From positions 2,616,639 to 2,648,638 of the forward strand of contig NC_001263.1 of NCBI RefSeq assembly GCF_000008565.1: 32,000 bases of DNA, written 5' to 3'. The DNA comes from Deinococcus radiodurans R1 = ATCC 13939 = DSM 20539 (lineage in GTDB: Bacteria > Deinococcota > Deinococci > Deinococcales > Deinococcaceae). The notes under the pieces were generated by a model. That model made no database searches, had not been told where the DNA came from, and saw nothing but the letters and a program-made list of their open reading frames with translations. Shown here piece after piece: positions 25,628-32,000 of this stretch. Position numbers and translations under genes: made by a program. Position 1 is the first letter of the stretch. Every line of letters begins with the position of its first letter.

Positions 25628-26061
25628 CGCGGCCCAGTTTCGACGACCTCGGCCTCGCCACCGCGCGGCTGTGGGCGACCCGCAGCGCCGACCCGAAGGT
25701 GCAGGTGGGCGCGTGCATCCTCGACCGGCACCACCGCGTGGTGGGCGTGGGCTACAACGGGCGGGCGGCGGGCGAGCCCAACGAGCGCGAAAGCCTGGCC
25801 CAGGGCGCGTCGGGCTATATCCACGCCGAGGTCAATGCGCTGCTCGCCGCCAACTGGAACGGCGAAGGCCACACGCTCTACGTCACCCACGAGCCGTGCT
25901 CGGTGTGCGCCCGCCTGATCGTCAATTCGCGGCGGGTGGGCCGGGTCGTGTTCGCCACGCCCTACCGCGAGACGGCCCGCGTCGAAGCCGGGCTTCCCAG
26001 CGGCGCGGAGATTTTGCGATCGGCGGGAATTGAGGTAGAAGATGCTCAGAAGGGACTGTAA
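25624..26061 (+). CDS. dCMP / deoxycytidylate deaminase-family zinc enzyme
   Basis: 145 aa from the ATG at 25624 (ATGA overlap with the thyA stop). It has the HAEVNAL and PCSVCARLI zinc-binding motifs of the CDA fold. Confidence 0.8.
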   Translation: MTRPSFDDLGLATARLWATRSADPKVQVGACILDRHHRVVGVGYNGRAAGEPNERESLAQGASGYIHAEVNALLAANWNGEGHTLYVTHEPCSVCARLIVNSRRVGRVVFATPYRETARVEAGLPSGAEILRSAGIEVEDAQKGL

Positions 26062-26114
26062 TTTGTCCTCGTAGTGCTTGAATATTGAGTTCTCAAGCGG
26101 CATTGTGTGGAACC

Positions 26115-26627
26115 GTGCCGTCCCGTCAAGACATTGTTGCCATCGCTGCCCAGACTGAAAACCGCGTCATCGGGCGTGATGGCGGGATGCCCTGGCATTT
26201 GCCGGCTGACTTTGCACATTTTCGGGCACTCAGCGTTGGCAAGCCAAATATTATGGGGCGCAAGGTCTTTGACACACTGAGACGTAAGCCTTTGCCCGAA
26301 CGGGTCAACATTGTGCTCACCCGCAACGAGAACTTGAAATTCGACGGCTGTCTCATCGCCCATTCGCCCGAAGAAGCCCTCCAACTCGCCGGAGACGCTC
26401 CCGAAATCGCCATCATCGGCGGCGAGGAGATTTACCGGCTCTACTGGGACCGGCTGACCCGGCTGGAGATGACGCTGATTCACGCGGAACTGGACGGCGA
26501 TACCTTCTTCCCCGAAATCGGGCCTGAGTGGGAACTGGCGCAGGAAACCTTCCGACCCGCCGACGAGAAGAATCGCTACGACCTGACTTTCCAGACGTGG
26601 CGACGGCGGGGCTCTGGGCAACCATGA
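26115..26627 (+). CDS. folA: dihydrofolate reductase
   Basis: IVAIAAQTENRVIGRDGGMPWHLPADFAHFRALSVGKPNIMGRKVFDTL aligns with the E. coli FolA N-terminus. The start is uncertain: GTG 26115 is used here, with TTG 26103 and TTG 26085 (the track start) as alternatives. Confidence 0.85.
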   Translation: MPSRQDIVAIAAQTENRVIGRDGGMPWHLPADFAHFRALSVGKPNIMGRKVFDTLRRKPLPERVNIVLTRNENLKFDGCLIAHSPEEALQLAGDAPEIAIIGGEEIYRLYWDRLTRLEMTLIHAELDGDTFFPEIGPEWELAQETFRPADEKNRYDLTFQTWRRRGSGQP

Positions 26628-27445
26628 CCGACCCCCGCCTCGCCATCGAACAGGAACGCACCGAGCAGGAACAGGAGCGCACCGAGCGCGTCCGCGAGCG
26701 GGAAAAGAGTGGGCGCTTCAAGTCGGTGCTGGAGGCGATTCCGCTGCTGGCGACGCTGGCGACGGCGCTGGTGGCGGTCATGGGCAACTTGCAGTCGCAG
26801 CAGCAGTACCGCGACACGCAGGCCTCCGAGCGGTTTCAGAGCGCGGTGGAACTGCTCGCCGGAGACGACCTGACCACCCGGCTCGGCGGCATCGCCCTGC
26901 TGGGGCAGGTGGCGCAGACCAACCCGGAACGGCGGGAAAACGTGGTGCGGCTGCTCGCCACCTATCTGCGCGTTCACTCGCCCGTGACCGAGGCGGGCCG
27001 CGCCCAGCCGGTGGTTCTGGCGCCACCCGCCGAGGAAGTCCGCGCTGTCCTGGCGGCCCTGGCGTACCGGGGCAACATCACCAACGTGGACCTGGGCCGC
27101 ATCAGCGCCCGCAACCTGATGGAAAACGGCGCCGACCTGACGGAGCTCATTTTCGCCCGCAGCGACCTCAGCGGCAGCATGTTCGAGGGCAGCGACTTGA
27201 GCGGCGTGCCCTTCAAGCAAACCACCCTGCGCGGCGTCAATTTCCGGGGCGCGGATTTGACCCGTGCCAACTTCGAGAACGCGAACCTGTCCGGAGCGCA
27301 GCTTCAAAACGCCGACCTCAGCAGCGCAGACCTATCGCAGGCCCAGGGCGTCACGTCCGCAATGGTCGCAGGTGCCAAAACCGACGCCCAGACGAAACTG
27401 CCGGCGGGGGTCAAGGTCACGGCAGCCACGCCAGCGGCTCCATAA
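26624..27445 (+). CDS. membrane-anchored pentapeptide-repeat protein
   Basis: 273 aa from the ATG at 26624 (ATGA overlap with the folA stop). It has a charged EQERTEQEQERTERVRERE segment, one TM helix (AIPLLATLATALVAVMG), an RLGGIALLGQVAQ helical module, then about 14 A(D/N)LXX pentapeptide units (ADLTELIFARSDLSGSMFEGSDLSG...NANLSGAQLQNADLSSADLSQAQG). Confidence 0.8.
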   Translation: MTDPRLAIEQERTEQEQERTERVREREKSGRFKSVLEAIPLLATLATALVAVMGNLQSQQQYRDTQASERFQSAVELLAGDDLTTRLGGIALLGQVAQTNPERRENVVRLLATYLRVHSPVTEAGRAQPVVLAPPAEEVRAVLAALAYRGNITNVDLGRISARNLMENGADLTELIFARSDLSGSMFEGSDLSGVPFKQTTLRGVNFRGADLTRANFENANLSGAQLQNADLSSADLSQAQGVTSAMVAGAKTDAQTKLPAGVKVTAATPAAP

Positions 27446-27489
27446 ACACAGTTCTGCTAACATTTGCCGCCCGCTTTCTCGCCGCAGTC

Positions 27490-28861
<1,372 letters not shown>

Positions 28862-28871
28862 CTTTGTCAAG

Positions 28872-28995
28872 TTATGCACAGGCCGGGCGCCTGGTTCCCA
28901 ACCTGAGGCTGAGGCGTCCACAACACCGTTTTAGCCCTCTGCCCCAGCGGCTTGTCCACAGGGTAACTGTGTAAAAAGTGCGTCCCTGTGGATAA
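28872..28995. promoter_or_regulatory. cluster of DnaA-box-like 9-mers with a 9-bp inverted repeat
   Basis: TTATGCACA (28872-28880) fits TTWTNCACA. TTGTCCACA (28952-28960) has one mismatch to TTATCCACA. TGTGGATAA (28987-28995) is a perfect box on the minus strand. The last two sit in the inverted repeat tccacaggg (28955-28963) with ccctgtgga (28984-28992). Confidence 0.3.
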
Positions 28996-29059
28996 AAAAG
29001 CTGACCTACCCATCACAATCGCGTGACAGGCAGGTCTTGACTGAGGGCGCAGCGTCAGC

Positions 29060-30508
29060 TTAAACGCGGTCCGACAAGTCCTCGGCCTTCAACTTTTCCA
29101 CGCGCAGCATATTGGTGGTGCCGCGCACGCCGAAGGGCACGCCCGCCGTAATCACGTAGCGGTCGCCCACGTCGGCCAGGCCGCTCTTTTTCAGCTCGTC
29201 GTTGGCGATGCGTACCATGTCATCGGTGTCCTCGGGGTCTTCGCTGAGCATGGGGTAGACGCCCCAGGAAAGCGCGAGCTGGTTGCGGGTGATCTCGTTG
29301 GGGGTCAGCGCGACGATGGCGAGCGGCGGACGGTTCTTGGAAATGCGGGTGGCCGCCCCGCCCGTGCTGGTAAAGGTCACGATGGCGGGCGCTTCGAGCT
29401 TAGCCCCGATGTTGCAGGCGGCGAGCGCAATGGCGTCCTGCGCCTGCTCGGTGTCCATCACGACCTGACGCTGCATCAACTGGTAAAGCTCGCTCGCTTC
29501 GGCCTCGCGGGCAATACGGTCCATCATAGCGACCGACTCGACCGGGTACTGGCCCGCCGCCGATTCGGCGGAAAGCATCACCGCGTCGGTGCCGTCATAA
29601 ATAGCGTTCGCCACGTCCGACGCCTCGGCGCGGGTGGGGCGCGGCAGGTTGATCATGCTTTCGAGCATCTGGGTGGCCGTAATGACCGGCTTGCCCGCCT
29701 CACGGCACATGCGGATGATGCGTTTCTGGATGGTCGGCACCTGCTCGGGGCGCATTTCCACACCGAGGTCGCCGCGCGCCACCATCACGCCGTCCACTTC
29801 CTTGAGGATGTCGGCGAAGCGGTCCACCGCCTGCGGCTTCTCGATTTTGGCCATCAGCTTGGCGCGGCTGCCGAAGCGGGCGAGGTAATGCCGGGCGAGC
29901 AGCAGGTCATCGCGCGAGCGCACGAAGCTCAAGGCCACCCAGTCCACGCCGAGGCTCGCGCCAAATTCCATGTCCTGCACATCTTTTTCCGACAGTGCGG
30001 GCACGGTCAGGTCGGCTTCGGGCACGTTGATGCCCTTGTTGTTTTTCAACGTGCCGCCGATCAGGACAGTCGTCTGAATGTCGTTGCCGCGCACGTGGTC
30101 CACCCGCAGGCTCATGTTGCCGTCGTCGAGCAGCAGCGTCATGCCGGGGGTCACGTCACCGGCGAGGCCCTTGTAGGTGCTGCCCACGCGCTCGGCATTG
30201 CCCTCCACCTCGTCCATCGTGATGACGAACTTCTGCCCGGGATTCAGGGTCACCGAACCTTCGGCAAAGCGGCCCACCCGAATCTTGGGGCCTTGCAGGT
30301 CTTGCAGGATACCGATGGTCACGCCCTTGCTCACGGCGAGGTCACGCACCATCTGCACCGTCTGACGGTGGTCTTCGAGGTCGCCGTGGCTGAAGTTGAG
30401 GCGGACCACGTTCAGGCCAACGTCGATCATGCGCCCGAGAACTTCGGTGCTGCGGCTGGCGGGGCCGACAGTCGCCACGATTTTGGTGGCACGGTCAAAG
30501 TGTTTCAT
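29060..30508 (-). CDS. pyk: pyruvate kinase
   Basis: Track ORF of 482 aa: TKIVATVGPAS, NVVRLNFSHG, MVARGDLGVE, VITATQMLESM. GGAGA lies 5 nt before the ATG. Confidence 0.95.
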   Translation of the reverse strand: MKHFDRATKIVATVGPASRSTEVLGRMIDVGLNVVRLNFSHGDLEDHRQTVQMVRDLAVSKGVTIGILQDLQGPKIRVGRFAEGSVTLNPGQKFVITMDEVEGNAERVGSTYKGLAGDVTPGMTLLLDDGNMSLRVDHVRGNDIQTTVLIGGTLKNNKGINVPEADLTVPALSEKDVQDMEFGASLGVDWVALSFVRSRDDLLLARHYLARFGSRAKLMAKIEKPQAVDRFADILKEVDGVMVARGDLGVEMRPEQVPTIQKRIIRMCREAGKPVITATQMLESMINLPRPTRAEASDVANAIYDGTDAVMLSAESAAGQYPVESVAMMDRIAREAEASELYQLMQRQVVMDTEQAQDAIALAACNIGAKLEAPAIVTFTSTGGAATRISKNRPPLAIVALTPNEITRNQLALSWGVYPMLSEDPEDTDDMVRIANDELKKSGLADVGDRYVITAGVPFGVRGTTNMLRVEKLKAEDLSDRV

Positions 30509-30617
30509 AGGGTCTCCAGAACAAGCTTTGGAAGCACTTCCAGCATCTTTAAAGAGGCAGCCATCCGCAGGCGGTCAGCAAAGGCGGACGGCGGACGGCT
30601 GCCCGGAAGGCGGGGCT

Positions 30618-31967
<1,350 letters not shown>

Positions 31968-32000
31968 CTATAAGGGCCAGAGTTCGGGGCGGTGTCCCGC

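Noticed and set aside
28862-29059. Chromosomal replication origin (oriC).
   Set aside because: There are only three box-like 9-mers, no adjacent AT-rich unwinding element or 13-mer repeats, and no dnaA/dnaN nearby in the window. At most this is an auxiliary DnaA-binding site.
30509-30617. Structured eno-pyk spacer: ggcagcc/ggctgcc and tccgc/gcgga stems, the tandem GGCGGAC GGCGGAC, and a weak TCTTT tract on the minus strand.
   Set aside because: The stems are imperfect and there is no clear U-tract. This is consistent with an ordinary intra-operon spacer, possibly a partial attenuator or processing site. There is not enough evidence to call a feature.

Overview
This is a GC-rich bacterial chromosomal segment, roughly two-thirds G+C by eye. 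Several features point to a Deinococcus (D. radiodurans-like) core chromosome region: Thermus/Deinococcus-style fused caa3 oxidase subunits, a GlnRS with a GatB/YqeY-like tail, a YpdA-type reductase, and small hairpin-bearing non-coding repeats.

I support 30 protein-coding genes, one of them frameshifted:
- Respiration and heme A: a DUF420/CtaM-like gene, ctaA, ctaB, caa3 subunit II-cytochrome c, and subunit I+III.
- Central metabolism: eno-pyk, fumC, gpsA, panB.
- Two aminoacyl-tRNA synthetases: glnS and tyrS.
- A translationally coupled thyA / dCMP deaminase / folA / pentapeptide-repeat operon.
- A PadR plus membrane-protein pair.
- Assorted membrane, lipoprotein and hydrolase genes.

I saw no tRNA, rRNA, CRISPR array, transposase, integrase or phage genes. 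Most of the very long track ORFs are antisense or out-of-frame shadows typical of high-GC DNA.

I did not find a convincing new multi-gene system. The best leads are:
1. A leaderless 13-codon uORF plus a terminator/antiterminator switch immediately upstream of tyrS.
2. A near-identical 67-bp repeat present as an inverted pair around a 3-kb two-gene module, with a diverged third copy nearby.
3. A one-base frameshift splitting the caa3 subunit II-cytochrome c gene.
4. DnaA-box-like 9-mers in a convergent 3' intergenic region.
5. A pervasive TANNNT-N5-9-start-codon (leaderless) architecture that also resets several start-codon calls.

All functional calls rest on motif recognition from memory. 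No database search was run.
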